Assembly (NCBI GenBank): GCA_963677495.2
Contig: CAXXOU010000004.1
Location: 1,344,001 to 1,408,000 of the forward strand
DNA: 64,000 nt
DNA from: Candidatus Cloacimonadales bacterium
GTDB lineage: Bacteria; Cloacimonadota; Cloacimonadia; Cloacimonadales; JAFGVF01
Reading direction: 5' to 3'
Of the stretch, positions 27,970-38,935 are shown piece by piece. Under the pieces are notes generated by a model, which saw only the letters and a program-made list of their open reading frames with translations, searched no databases and was not told where the DNA came from. The first letter of the stretch is position 1. Every line of letters begins with the position of its first letter. The position numbers and the translations under genes are program-made.

Positions 27970-29973
27970 ATGGCTGATAAGTTAGAAAAGGGTCAACTAT
28001 CGATCCATACTGAGAATATCTTTCCGATAATAAAAAAGTGGCTCTATTCTGAGCATGACATTTTCCTTAGAGAGCTTGTATCTAATTCTGTAGATGCGAT
28101 GAATAAGCGTAAACTCGAAGATGAGTCTGTAGAAGAAAACGATGATTATAAGTTAGAAGTAGTACTTGATAAAAAGAACCAAACCATACAAGTAATAGAT
28201 AAAGGTATTGGTATGACAGCCGAGGAGATTGAGAAGTATATCAATCAAATCGCTTTCTCCGGTGCTGAAGACTTTATCGAGAAATATAAGGATAAACAAA
28301 GCAATATTATTGGCCACTTTGGGCTTGGTTTTTATTCTTCGTTCATGGTCGCAGATAAAGTGACAATCGATTCACTTTCATGGCAGAAGGATGCAAAGCC
28401 TGCTTATTGGGAATGTGATGGATCCACTGATTACTCAATTGGTGATGGAACTCGTACAGAGGTTGGTACTACAATCACTATCCATGTAAATAAAGACAAC
28501 AAGCATTACCTCGAAGAAGCAAAGATTACTGAAATCCTTAAGAAGTATTGTAACTTCATGCCTTTCCCAATTCAGTTTGGTGAAGAGATTGTGAATCAGA
28601 AGGAAGCTATCTGGAATCGCAAGCCGAAAGATGTAACTGACGAGGAATATAAAGAGTTTTATAAGCAATTCTTTGGTGAGTGGACAGATCCTCTTTTTTG
28701 GATTCATCTCAATGTGGACTTCCCTCACAGAGTTAAAGGTATCCTTTACTTCCCACAAGTTAAGAACGAGTTTGATGTAAACAAAGGGCAGGTTAAATTA
28801 TTCTGTAACAATGTATTTGTTGCTGACAACTTAAAAGACTTGCTCCCTGAATTCTTGCTTCTTCTTAAGGGTGGAATTGATATTCCTGATATTCCTCTTA
28901 ATGTTTCTAGAAGCTTCTTGCAGAATGACCAGATGGTTCAGAAGATATCACAGTATATCGTTAAAAAAGTTGGAGATCATTTCAAGAAGACTTTCACTAA
29001 AGACCGTGATAAATATGAAGGTTACTGGGATGATATTAGCAATTTTATTAAGTATGGTCTGCTAACAAATGATAAGTTCTATGATACGTTGAAAGATCAG
29101 ATTATATATCAAACACTTAATGATGACCATGTAACTATCGAAGAGTATCTAAACAGATATCGCTCCGAAGAGAAACCTCATAAAATTTACTACACAAACA
29201 GTAAGGACACACAGGTTACTTATCAGAAGCTACTTAAAGAGCAAGGAATCGAAGTCATTATAGCTGATTCAGTGATTGATGGACATCTCTTCCAGCAGAT
29301 AGAGATGAAGAACACTGAAGTTAGATTTGTGCGTGTTGACTCAGAATTGAATGACACACTTGTTGATAATTCGACTGACGAAGAGAAAGATGCAAGTGGT
29401 CAGACATTTAGTAGTAAAGTTAAAGAGATTTTCCTTAAAGCCCTTAATCCCAAAATCGAAGCAAGCTTTGGTAAAGAGCCATTTGAAGAGATGATTAAGA
29501 AGTTCCCTGACGCAACTGAGACTATTTCTAAATATTCACGTACTGAAGGTGAACAGACTCTTATCCGTCCTTTCGATATTCCTTTAAAAGCAAGAACCGA
29601 GATTGGTGATGCTGCTTTTGATGAGATTATGAGTCATGTCTATACTGATACTAAAGTAGAGGTTAAGAATCTTAAATCTGAGGATATTCCTGCGATGGTG
29701 ATGTTTGAAGAGTTCATGCGTCGTTTCCAGGAGATGAACTCTATGATGTCTCATGGAGACAATGATATGTTGAAAATGCATACTCTCGCTGTAAATAAGA
29801 ATAACCCGACTGTTAAAAAAGTTATTAAGTTCCACGATGAAGGTAAGTATGATGAAGCAAAACTGCTAGTGAACTTCGTACATGAGCTTGCACTTTTGGA
29901 GCAGAAACGTTTCTCAGGAGCTGAGCTTCAGAGTTTTGTTAACAAAGCAAACGACATTCTAAAGCTGCTCTAA
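27970..29973 (+). CDS. htpG: Chaperone HtpG (Hsp90)
   Basis: IFLRELVSNSVDA, DKGIGMT, IGHFGLGFYSSF, IPLNVSRSFLQ; SD AAGGAG. Confidence 0.95.
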   Translation: MADKLEKGQLSIHTENIFPIIKKWLYSEHDIFLRELVSNSVDAMNKRKLEDESVEENDDYKLEVVLDKKNQTIQVIDKGIGMTAEEIEKYINQIAFSGAEDFIEKYKDKQSNIIGHFGLGFYSSFMVADKVTIDSLSWQKDAKPAYWECDGSTDYSIGDGTRTEVGTTITIHVNKDNKHYLEEAKITEILKKYCNFMPFPIQFGEEIVNQKEAIWNRKPKDVTDEEYKEFYKQFFGEWTDPLFWIHLNVDFPHRVKGILYFPQVKNEFDVNKGQVKLFCNNVFVADNLKDLLPEFLLLLKGGIDIPDIPLNVSRSFLQNDQMVQKISQYIVKKVGDHFKKTFTKDRDKYEGYWDDISNFIKYGLLTNDKFYDTLKDQIIYQTLNDDHVTIEEYLNRYRSEEKPHKIYYTNSKDTQVTYQKLLKEQGIEVIIADSVIDGHLFQQIEMKNTEVRFVRVDSELNDTLVDNSTDEEKDASGQTFSSKVKEIFLKALNPKIEASFGKEPFEEMIKKFPDATETISKYSRTEGEQTLIRPFDIPLKARTEIGDAAFDEIMSHVYTDTKVEVKNLKSEDIPAMVMFEEFMRRFQEMNSMMSHGDNDMLKMHTLAVNKNNPTVKKVIKFHDEGKYDEAKLLVNFVHELALLEQKRFSGAELQSFVNKANDILKLL

Positions 29974-29992
29974 GAAGCAGAGACTATAGATA

Positions 29993-30026
29993 AAGCCAAG
30001 AGTAATATGCTCTTGGCTTATTTTTT
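29993..30026 (+). terminator. Intrinsic terminator
   Basis: AAGCCAAGAG/CTCTTGGCTT stem plus T run. Confidence 0.8.
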
Positions 30027-30252
30027 AACGGACTACCGGGGATTTACACGTAATTAAACACAGGCTATTGAGAAGACTTGCTGATGGTTAAAAAATGGAG
30101 TTTCAGAGAGAGTGTAAAAGAAGCGGTCAAAGGTAAAATATTGACGTTATATATTGTTACATGAAGTAAAAAGTTCTTGCCTGTTAAATAAATCATTCAA
30201 AGTATTGTTTTAATAGACTTAATGCTATTTTACTGCCCTGCAAGAGGTTTCT

Positions 30253-30711
30253 ATGAAAAATGATGTAACTGATTATTTTGTTAAAGATGAAGAAGTTTTT
30301 GAGTTATCTAATTTAATTCAGGAACTTACACAAATTTTCTGTGCGTATTTTACTGAAGAGGGTGATGAAACACGTTCGAAACTTACAGAAAATGAAAATG
30401 ATCATTCCATGCTTAAAAGAAAGTTTATCGAATATCTTGAGATTAATAACTTCCCTGTATATGACTATCAGCACCCGATCATGCAACGTTGCCGAGAAAG
30501 TAATATTCAATCATTTGAAGAGATGAAGCACTGGGTTGACTCAGAGCGTAAGAAACTCAAAGACCATATAATTAAAGACGGTGAATGCAATTTAAGTGAA
30601 TGTAGGATTACACCTGTGTCTGTCTATGCTGCAAACGGGATGATTTCACTCATAGACCAGCATCTTGATACAGTATCTGCAATAAGAATCCCAAAAGTAA
30701 GCAAGAAGTAA
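30253..30711 (+). CDS. Hypothetical protein
   Basis: 152-aa ORF with SD GAGG; no family recognised. Confidence 0.6.
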   Translation: MKNDVTDYFVKDEEVFELSNLIQELTQIFCAYFTEEGDETRSKLTENENDHSMLKRKFIEYLEINNFPVYDYQHPIMQRCRESNIQSFEEMKHWVDSERKKLKDHIIKDGECNLSECRITPVSVYAANGMISLIDQHLDTVSAIRIPKVSKK

Positions 30712-30882
30712 ACATTATGCTATATAATAACTTAACTCCACTCAATTAAACTCTCTCCACTTGAGCACCTAGCTGATTTAGCAATTTAATGCTACTCAAT
30801 GAGTTGCAAAAAGTTTTATAAAAAACTTGATTTATATGAGAATATGTATAAATTGTCTAAAAATATAGAGGCTCGGTACGCG

Positions 30883-32361
30883 ATGGATAGTTTCCCTAAT
30901 ATTAACATTCTCATCAAAACAGATGACAGTTTTACGAATAAAGCTGAGTATGTGCTACGTACGTTTTGTAGTATCCTTCGCTTAAACCCTAAGTTCTTCT
31001 ATGGTTCTACTTATGACCATGTGCATATCTACTATGGTAAGGAAACATCAAACTCTTACCCAATTAAGATTTACCATAACCCTGATGCACCTAAATTCTA
31101 TGAAGGTGATGAAGTGTATCAAGCGAATAAACTCCGTTACAACAAGTATAAAGGCAACTATATACCATTCCTCTTCTCACCTCAGGGGCAGATACATAAT
31201 ATCTCCAGAGCCCACGCTAAAGTAAATAAAGATATCATTGCCTCAGGCTTCTATTTCCTCTCCTGCTGGCATGAAAAAATACTCTGTAAGAAAGCTAAAG
31301 TTGAGAACAGGTTTGATTTCTACAGATCCCTGCAGTACCAGGGTGGATTTATTGAGCTACCGGTGTTTGACATATATGCAGATATATTAAGAAATATTCT
31401 TGAAGTTGTACTTCCTGAATTCACAAGAGAAAATGAATGGGGAAACAGGAAGCAGTTCTATGCTACACTTAGTCATGATATAGATTATTGGAACTATTGG
31501 ACTCAAGAGCATCATAACTTTACAATTAAATATAACAGTAAACGTCTTTTGAAAAGACCATTGAATGCATTATATAAGATCGTCGCTCATACATTCAGAC
31601 GTATATTATCGCATTCTTATCAGAGAATGAGAAAGATAGTAAGACATGAGGAATATACATCAATCAATGCAACTTACTTCCTCTTAGCAGGTGATTTAGA
31701 TGATGAGTTCAGATTGCCAAATAAGAAAATTGTGAAGTATGAGAACAATAGACATGCTTACCTGCAACACCCAAAATACAGAACTCAGATTGAGGGACTT
31801 CTTCATGATCATGATGTCCAACTTCATGGGACACCTAAAAGTTCTTTTGATGCTGATGTTCTAAATTATGAGTTAAACAACTTAAGTGAAGTAGCTGAGC
31901 AGACAATTGGGTATCGTTCACATACACTTTCATTTGATTACCACACATCATTTGATGTCTTGGAAAAATCGAATATTCTCTACGATTCAACAGTTGGATT
32001 TTGGGAACACATAGGTTACAGATGTGGAACAGCCTATCCCTTCTTCCCATTCAACTTCAAAGAGAATCGACCATATAGAATCTTAGAGATTCCGCTTACC
32101 GTTATGGATACAACATTGATGTCAAGTCATTGTATGCATTTAAAGCCATGGCAAGCTTACGGAAGAATCAAAAAATTAATCGATAATGCAATTAAATATA
32201 ATTCGCATGTGAATATCCTATGGCATAACACAAGTTTTGAATCAATTGACTATCCGTTCTGGGGAAACCTGTTTTGGATGGTGCTGAAATACATTAAGAA
32301 GAGAAATGGAATGGTTATTTCAATTTCAGATCTCTATCAAACATGGAACGAAAGAATTTAG
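30883..32361 (+). CDS. Polysaccharide deacetylase-like protein (CE4-related)
   Basis: TLSHDID, VQLHG, GYRSHTL, YDSTVGF, EIPLTVMDTTL, ILWHN; start uncertain (30799-30883). Confidence 0.75.
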   Translation: MDSFPNINILIKTDDSFTNKAEYVLRTFCSILRLNPKFFYGSTYDHVHIYYGKETSNSYPIKIYHNPDAPKFYEGDEVYQANKLRYNKYKGNYIPFLFSPQGQIHNISRAHAKVNKDIIASGFYFLSCWHEKILCKKAKVENRFDFYRSLQYQGGFIELPVFDIYADILRNILEVVLPEFTRENEWGNRKQFYATLSHDIDYWNYWTQEHHNFTIKYNSKRLLKRPLNALYKIVAHTFRRILSHSYQRMRKIVRHEEYTSINATYFLLAGDLDDEFRLPNKKIVKYENNRHAYLQHPKYRTQIEGLLHDHDVQLHGTPKSSFDADVLNYELNNLSEVAEQTIGYRSHTLSFDYHTSFDVLEKSNILYDSTVGFWEHIGYRCGTAYPFFPFNFKENRPYRILEIPLTVMDTTLMSSHCMHLKPWQAYGRIKKLIDNAIKYNSHVNILWHNTSFESIDYPFWGNLFWMVLKYIKKRNGMVISISDLYQTWNERI

Positions 32362-32398
32362 ATAAGATAAATAGAATATATATAAACAAGGAGAATTG

Positions 32399-34654
32399 AT
32401 GCAACTCACCGACAATGCAATTACAGTTTTGAAGAAACGTTACTTTAAAAAGGACCAGGAAGGAAACCTAATTGAGGACTGGAAAGCTCTCACTACACGT
32501 GTAGCTAAAGATATCGGCCAAGGGGATGAAGATAAGTTTACCAAATATTTTGATTTACTTAATTCAGGTCGTTTTCTTCCAAACTCACCGACTTTAATGA
32601 ATGCCGGTAACGACTTACAACAGTTATCAGCATGCTTTGTGTTACCTATTGATGATAGTATGGATAGTATATTCACAACGATAAAGAATGCCGCCCTTAT
32701 CCACAAAAGTGGTGGAGGAACCGGTTTCAGCTTTAGTAGACTTAGAGAATCTAATGCACGTGTTAGATCTACTAATGGAGTTTCAAGTGGTCCGATCTCT
32801 TTCTTGAAGGTGTTTAATGCAGCCACAGACGCTGTGAAACAAGGTGGAACAAGACGTGGTGCTAACATGGCTATTCTTAGTATCGACCATCCACAGATTC
32901 TTGAATTTATTAGCTGTAAGGAAGATACAACTAAACTTACTAACTTCAATATAAGCGTAGGTTTAACAGCTGATTTTATGCAAGCTGTTAGAAGAGATGA
33001 GGATTACAACCTTATCTCACCACATACAAAAGAAGTTACAGATACACTTAAAGCTAGGGACGTGTTCGAACTTATCGTTGAAATGGCACATAAGAATGGT
33101 GAGCCGGGTTTAATTTTCTTAGATAGGATTAATGCTCATAACCCAACCCCACATTTAGGTGAGATTGAAGCCACAAATCCTTGCGGGGAGCAACCTCTAC
33201 TACCTAATGAAGCTTGTAACCTTGGTTCCATAAACTTATCCGCATTCTATGATGATGGCAATCTTGACTGGGACGCTTTGAAAGAAACTACTGCACTCGC
33301 AACTGAGTTCCTTGATGATGTTATTGAGCGCTCCAATTTCCCATTACCTGAGATTGATGAGACCGTTAAAAAGAACAGAAAGATTGGTCTCGGTATTATG
33401 GGTTGGGCTGACCTGCTTTTCCAAATGAAGATTCCTTACAACAGTGAAGAAGCAGTAGCTCTCGCTGAAGAGATAATGGAGTTCATCGATTACCATTCCA
33501 AGAAACGTTCTATTGAGCTTGCTGTTACAAATGGATCATTCCCAAGTTTCGAAGGTAGTATCTATTCAAAAGGTTTATTGAAAAGAGAATCAAATAAGTT
33601 AGATTGGGATACCCTGAGCAAAGAGATGGCAGAAAAAGGCCTCAGAAACGCTACTGTAACTACTATCGCACCAACAGGTACATTGAGTATGATTATGGAT
33701 ACATCCGGTGGAGTTGAACCCCAGTTCTCCCTCGTCTACGTTAAAAATGTTATGGATGGAGAAAAACTTCTCTATGTTAACAAACATCTTGAAAATACTC
33801 TCAAGGAACATGGTATTTACTCAAAAGAGTTGATGGAGAAGATCTCTGACAATGGAACACTTCACGGGATTGATGAGATTCCTGAAGAGATAAAGAAAAT
33901 CTATGTTGTATCACATGATATTTCTCCTGAATGGCATATAAGAATGCAGGCTGCTTTCCAGAAATACACTGATAATGCCGTTTCTAAGACTATCAACTTC
34001 TCAAGGGAAGCTACTAGAGAAGACATTAAGATAGCTTATGAGTTAGCATACGACCTGAATTGTAAGGGTATCACTGTATATCGTGACGGTAGCCGTGAAA
34101 ACCAGGTTCTCAATGTTGGTACAACTGTTAATGACGGTACTGCTCCGGCTATACATGCCTTAGAGCCAAGAAAACGTCCTGAAATTACACAAGGCATTAC
34201 TCAAAGAATGCATACAGGTTGTGGACATCTTTATGTTACTATCAACGCAGATGAACATGGAGCTTGCGAACTCTTTACTCAGATGGGTAAAGTTGGTGGT
34301 TGTGCTTCTGCGCAGTTAGAAGGTATTGCAAGACTGGTTTCTATCTCTTTAAGAGCAAATATTGATTTAGACTCAATCATCAAGCATTTAAAAGGTATCA
34401 GATGCCCATCCCCAATGTGGAATAAGGGTAAACTGATAACTTCCTGCTCTGATGCTGTTGCTCAGGCTTTAGAAAACTATAGAAATATCTATGGTAACAA
34501 GACAATTACAAACTTCGAGGTTCAAGAGTCTGATACAGACGATGCACCTGCTATGCCTATGGGAATGATGAAAACATGCCCTGAATGTGGAAGTAGCATT
34601 GAGCATGCAGAGGGTTGTTTAAAATGTAATTCATGTGGTTGGTCTAAGTGCTAA
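32399..34654 (+). CDS. nrdJ: Vitamin B12-dependent (class II) ribonucleotide reductase with TSCPD domain and C-terminal zinc ribbon
   Basis: FLPNSPTLMNAG, LSACF, ATNPCGEQPL, CNLGSINL, TIAPTGT, SKTIN, CPECG..EGC..C..CGWSKC. Confidence 0.93.
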   Translation: MQLTDNAITVLKKRYFKKDQEGNLIEDWKALTTRVAKDIGQGDEDKFTKYFDLLNSGRFLPNSPTLMNAGNDLQQLSACFVLPIDDSMDSIFTTIKNAALIHKSGGGTGFSFSRLRESNARVRSTNGVSSGPISFLKVFNAATDAVKQGGTRRGANMAILSIDHPQILEFISCKEDTTKLTNFNISVGLTADFMQAVRRDEDYNLISPHTKEVTDTLKARDVFELIVEMAHKNGEPGLIFLDRINAHNPTPHLGEIEATNPCGEQPLLPNEACNLGSINLSAFYDDGNLDWDALKETTALATEFLDDVIERSNFPLPEIDETVKKNRKIGLGIMGWADLLFQMKIPYNSEEAVALAEEIMEFIDYHSKKRSIELAVTNGSFPSFEGSIYSKGLLKRESNKLDWDTLSKEMAEKGLRNATVTTIAPTGTLSMIMDTSGGVEPQFSLVYVKNVMDGEKLLYVNKHLENTLKEHGIYSKELMEKISDNGTLHGIDEIPEEIKKIYVVSHDISPEWHIRMQAAFQKYTDNAVSKTINFSREATREDIKIAYELAYDLNCKGITVYRDGSRENQVLNVGTTVNDGTAPAIHALEPRKRPEITQGITQRMHTGCGHLYVTINADEHGACELFTQMGKVGGCASAQLEGIARLVSISLRANIDLDSIIKHLKGIRCPSPMWNKGKLITSCSDAVAQALENYRNIYGNKTITNFEVQESDTDDAPAMPMGMMKTCPECGSSIEHAEGCLKCNSCGWSKC

Positions 34655-34675
34655 CCTTATCATAATGAGGTATTA

Positions 34676-35293
34676 ATGAATCTATTTAGTATTTTCATGA
34701 AGGGTGGACTCTTAATGTTCGCCCTTCTAATCTGCGGTATTGTTGTAGTGGCAATTGCGATTGCAAAGCTTATGGAATTCAAGAAAATCAAGGATGTAGA
34801 TAATGTTATGGTTGAGGAACTGAACACTATCACCAACATCTCACATCTGAAAGGATTTCTCGAAACTCAGCTTTCTCCCACTCCCTTAGCAAGAATCATT
34901 GCTAAACTTGTAGAATTAAAAGAGATGAACCCAAAAGCATTGAAAGAAAATGCTGTGGGGATAGCAGAACGTGAAGTGCATAAGCTTGATAAACATCTTG
35001 GCGTACTTGCTACTTTTGCTGCAATTTCCCCTCTCATTGGTTTCTTGGGAACAGTAACGGGTATGGTTCGTGTGTTTATGAATATTGAGCGTTCACCTGT
35101 CGGAGTTGATGTTAGTGCTTTTGCCGGTGGTATCTGGGAAGCTCTATTAACAACTGTAGGGGGGCTTGTAATAGGTATAATCTCTATTCTTTTCTACAAC
35201 TACTTTGTTAGTTTCGTTGAGAACTATGCAAAGATGATTGAAGAAGCTCTTACAAGCCTGCTTATTAAGCTTGAAAGCAATGATTTGGATTAA
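34676..35293 (+). CDS. exbB: MotA/TolQ/ExbB proton channel protein
   Basis: SPLIGFLGTVTGM, GIWEALLTTVGGL. Confidence 0.88.
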   Translation: MNLFSIFMKGGLLMFALLICGIVVVAIAIAKLMEFKKIKDVDNVMVEELNTITNISHLKGFLETQLSPTPLARIIAKLVELKEMNPKALKENAVGIAEREVHKLDKHLGVLATFAAISPLIGFLGTVTGMVRVFMNIERSPVGVDVSAFAGGIWEALLTTVGGLVIGIISILFYNYFVSFVENYAKMIEEALTSLLIKLESNDLD

Positions 35294-35295
35294 TT

Positions 35296-35697
35296 ATGAA
35301 GATTAACACTCAGAAGAAGCGCATAAAAGAAACTGTCCTTATCTCTATGACCGACGTGATGTTTCTTTTGATTATATTTCTGCTGATATCTTCCAACTTC
35401 AATAACAATAAAGGGATGCAGGTTAAGCTTCCATCAGCTAAATCACAAACTCAAGCAAACGCTAATATCATACACGTTATGTATGATGAAAACTATAACC
35501 TATATTTGGAAGATAAGCAGGTTAACTGGAATGAACTTCCACTAAAACTCTCAACTCTACATGAGAAGAAACCTGACTTCACAGTTTTTATAAGAGCTGA
35601 TAAGAATATAGCCCTTGAAAACATTGTGAAACTTATGGATGCGATCAAGCTTGCCGGTTTCCAAAAACTCTATATAGCGACTAAAAATGGGCAATGA
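35296..35697 (+). CDS. exbD: ExbD/TolR protein
   Basis: SMTDVMFLLIIF, V.LP.A, IRADK. Confidence 0.88.
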   Translation: MKINTQKKRIKETVLISMTDVMFLLIIFLLISSNFNNNKGMQVKLPSAKSQTQANANIIHVMYDENYNLYLEDKQVNWNELPLKLSTLHEKKPDFTVFIRADKNIALENIVKLMDAIKLAGFQKLYIATKNGQ

Positions 35698-36421
35698 TAG
35701 CTATTTAAAGAAAGGATTAATCTATTCAATAGCATTACACTTGCTATTATTCATCATTGGTTCTTTAATTAATTTTAGTGCCTTTCCATCATCTGCAAGC
35801 AGCGATATGCAAATATGGGAATTTGACTTATCTGATGAAGTAAACCTTCCTAAAGGATATCACCGATCTGATGAAAGAGTAAGTTCTGAAGAGCAAAAGT
35901 TTAGCAATGCACCTGTTGAAGAGGATTATTCAGCTAAGACTCTTACAAACATGGCTGATGACCTTTCTATTGATGATCTGATTAAAAGTAGAAATAGATT
36001 CGATAAAAGTGACCTGTTCAAAAGATCAGCTGAAGAAACTCCCGAAATCAAACGTCTTGAGATGAGAGACTACGATCCTCAAACTGAGATTAAAAGTAAG
36101 TATTTGGAACAGTTTGTTGAGTCAGTGTCAGGTAAAAGGCGAGACAATTCACCATTCCTTTTAGAGGGTGATGTTTTAATGCGACAAGTACTTTCCAAGA
36201 AGATTCCTGAGTATCCAAAGAACATAAGAAAGAATGCTAAAGTTACTCTTGAGTTTCAGGTCAACCCAAATGGTACTGTCTCTAATATTATTGTTTTGAA
36301 GAAGGCATTCCCTGAAATGGAAACTATCAGTATTAAAGCGTTGAAAGAATGGAAATTCAATGCAGTAGGACATGAAAAACCTATCAAGGGTAAGATTACA
36401 TTCATATATCAGGTAAACTAA
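35687..36421 (+). CDS. tonB: TonB family energy transducer
   Basis: N-terminal TM with S..LH motif; TonB_C PEYP...V.LEF.V...G.V...A...WKF. Confidence 0.8.
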   Translation: MGNDSYLKKGLIYSIALHLLLFIIGSLINFSAFPSSASSDMQIWEFDLSDEVNLPKGYHRSDERVSSEEQKFSNAPVEEDYSAKTLTNMADDLSIDDLIKSRNRFDKSDLFKRSAEETPEIKRLEMRDYDPQTEIKSKYLEQFVESVSGKRRDNSPFLLEGDVLMRQVLSKKIPEYPKNIRKNAKVTLEFQVNPNGTVSNIIVLKKAFPEMETISIKALKEWKFNAVGHEKPIKGKITFIYQVN

Positions 36422-37479
36422 TGAATTACATTATTAAATTCTCATCAGTCGGAGATGTAATTAAATATTTAGAGATTCTTGGAATTCCTATTAGCAATGA
36501 TGATGCGATAAAACTATTAGGATTAAATATAGTCAGTAGATCTAAACTTTTAACTGAATCCACTTTGTTTTCTGATATCTGTTTCACAAAACTGACCCCA
36601 TCAAACTATAAGAATCTGCTAACTTTCACTGAAAGCAAGCAGTTTATTCTAGAACAACTGTTAGGCTTAAAAGCGCTTAGTAAACCTTCAATTATGGGTA
36701 TATTGAACGTAACACCAGACTCTTTTAGTGATGGGAGTTTGTATTATCTAAAGCTTGATGCAGTAGAACATGCAGATGAACTGACCCAAAACGGTGCTCA
36801 TATCTTAGATATTGGTGGAGAGTCCACACGACCGGGAGCTGAAAAAGTTGAGTTAACTGAAGAGTTTGATCGAGTTGTACCAATTGTTAACCATATCATC
36901 TCCAACAGAGAAGTTACAATCTCAGTTGATACATATAAATCAGTTATAGCTCAGAAATCCATCGAGGCCGGTGCAAAGATTATTAACGATATTAGCGCTC
37001 TGCAATTCGATGAAGTTATGATTAGAGTCTTAGTGGAGAATCCCAAAGTAAAAGTAGTTATCATGCATATGCTAGGAACTCCTAGAACAATGCAAAGTAA
37101 CCCTGTGTACGAGAACGTTATTGAAGACATTCTAACCTTTTTCGAAGAGAGAATAGATTTTTGCTTAAAACATGGTATTACAAAAGACCGAATCATCATC
37201 GATCCCGGAATAGGTTTTGGTAAACGACATGAAGATAACTTGAATATCCTAAGATATTTATCCACATTTCATTCATTAGGGTGTGAAGTTCTCTTGGGAG
37301 CTAGTCGGAAAAGCTTCATCAATAGGATTGTTGAGTCAGATCCTATGGAAAGATTACCCGGAACCTTGGCAACAACATCTATTGCATATGATAATGCAAT
37401 TCAATATATACGCGTCCATGATGTAAAAGAGAACAAGCAGTACTTAGATGTTTTAGAAGCTACAAAAGGTGGTGTATAA
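36421..37479 (+). CDS. folP: Dihydropteroate synthase with N-terminal extension
   Basis: MGILNVTPDSFSDG, DIGGESTRPG, DPGIGFGK, SRKSF, RVHDV. Confidence 0.93.
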   Translation: MNYIIKFSSVGDVIKYLEILGIPISNDDAIKLLGLNIVSRSKLLTESTLFSDICFTKLTPSNYKNLLTFTESKQFILEQLLGLKALSKPSIMGILNVTPDSFSDGSLYYLKLDAVEHADELTQNGAHILDIGGESTRPGAEKVELTEEFDRVVPIVNHIISNREVTISVDTYKSVIAQKSIEAGAKIINDISALQFDEVMIRVLVENPKVKVVIMHMLGTPRTMQSNPVYENVIEDILTFFEERIDFCLKHGITKDRIIIDPGIGFGKRHEDNLNILRYLSTFHSLGCEVLLGASRKSFINRIVESDPMERLPGTLATTSIAYDNAIQYIRVHDVKENKQYLDVLEATKGGV

Positions 37480-38222
37480 TGGGTCTATTGGTTCCATCTT
37501 TAATTGATTTAGTTGATATCCTTCTGATTGGAGGAGTGATTTTTCTCTTCTTGAACCTTACAAAGCAAACAAGCTATTGGTACTTTGTTTTTGGTTTGGT
37601 TGCTGCAGTAGTTCTATACTTTGTCGCTAACCTGCTTCATTTAAGGTTATTTTCATCTCTATTCAAGAGTGTTAAAGATTATTGGCTTATTATTATACTC
37701 ATCATCTTCCAACCGGAGATTAGAAAATTTTTCACAAGAAGTGGTATCTCCAGAATTTGGGAAGACACAAACACTAGAAAGGATAAAGACTTCTACTTCG
37801 AGCTCTTGGAATCTGTAACAGCTCTTGCTCACCAGCGTATTGGAGCTATCTTCGTTATTGAGAACAAGAGACGCCTTAACGACTATATCACAAGTGGTAT
37901 TGAAATTGATGCAAAGCTTTCATTGCCTATAATTACTAACATCTTCTCTCCTCTATCCAAGCTTCACGATGGTGCTGTAATTGTGAGAAAAGATAGAATA
38001 GTAGCTGCTAAAGTGATTCTTCCACTGGGAAACGATGAATTGACCAAGGAGAAACATGGGACAAGACATCTGGCCGGTGTGGGCATTTCTGATGTTACAG
38101 ATGCCTTTGTAATAATCGTTTCAGAAGAAACAGGTAATATCTCTTTTGCTTTCAATGGGAAACTAACTCGTAACATCTCTTCTGAAGAGCTACATCACAA
38201 GCTTAAAGATGCCTTTATCTAA
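37479..38222 (+). CDS. cdaA: Diadenylate cyclase CdaA/DacA
   Basis: Three TM helices, FQPEIR, LHDGAV, GTRHLA, VSEETG. Confidence 0.9.
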   Translation: MGLLVPSLIDLVDILLIGGVIFLFLNLTKQTSYWYFVFGLVAAVVLYFVANLLHLRLFSSLFKSVKDYWLIIILIIFQPEIRKFFTRSGISRIWEDTNTRKDKDFYFELLESVTALAHQRIGAIFVIENKRRLNDYITSGIEIDAKLSLPIITNIFSPLSKLHDGAVIVRKDRIVAAKVILPLGNDELTKEKHGTRHLAGVGISDVTDAFVIIVSEETGNISFAFNGKLTRNISSEELHHKLKDAFI

Positions 38223-38850
38223 TAAACCGATACTAATTGCAATCACCGGTGGCATTGCTTCAGGAAAATCTACATTCTGCCAACTACTTCGAGAGCATGG
38301 CTATCAGGTACATTCAGCTGATACAATAGCACATAATCAATACTCCAAACTCTCAGTACAACAAAGTCTTGTAGATATGTTTGGTGAGCAGATACTTGTT
38401 AATGGTGTCTTAAGCAGAGAAGTAATTGGTGATATTGTTTTTAAAGATAAAGAGAAAAGACTGGCATTAAATGAGTTGTTACACCCACTCATATTGCATG
38501 ATATGCAAAATATTTATGATAAATCAACTGAGCAATACTGTTTTTTTGAAGTTCCCCTCCTTTTTGAAGCAAAACTGGAACAATGCTTCGATTGTAATGT
38601 TTTAGTGTACAGTGAAAGGAGAATACAAGTTGGAAGGTTAGTTCAAAACCGAAACATTAGTAAGGAAAAAGCATTAGCTATAATCGATTCCCAGTTTAAA
38701 ATAGAGGATAAAAAACGCTTATCAGACTATATCATTTTAAACAACAATACTATCGATGCTTTAAAGACTAGTTTAGCTGATTTCCAAACCTACCTCCCTT
38801 CAATTATTGCGAAAAGTAAAATCAAACTCACCGAAAGTTACTCAAGCTAA
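38209..38850 (+). CDS. coaE: Dephospho-CoA kinase
   Basis: ITGGIASGKST, LHPLI, EVPLLFE. Confidence 0.93.
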   Translation: MPLSNKPILIAITGGIASGKSTFCQLLREHGYQVHSADTIAHNQYSKLSVQQSLVDMFGEQILVNGVLSREVIGDIVFKDKEKRLALNELLHPLILHDMQNIYDKSTEQYCFFEVPLLFEAKLEQCFDCNVLVYSERRIQVGRLVQNRNISKEKALAIIDSQFKIEDKKRLSDYIILNNNTIDALKTSLADFQTYLPSIIAKSKIKLTESYSS

Positions 38851-38935
38851 TATCTTTCTATGATAAATAGTTGGTTTCATGACTAATTGATATATTATAT
38901 TTATAGTTCTTAAAATTAAGCAATGGAGGTATGAA

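Noticed and set aside
32362..32398. Cobalamin riboswitch or NrdR boxes upstream of nrdJ
   Set aside because: The intergenic gap is under 40 nt; the only NrdR-like word (ACGTTATATATTGTTA near 30144) is single, AT-rich and two genes away.
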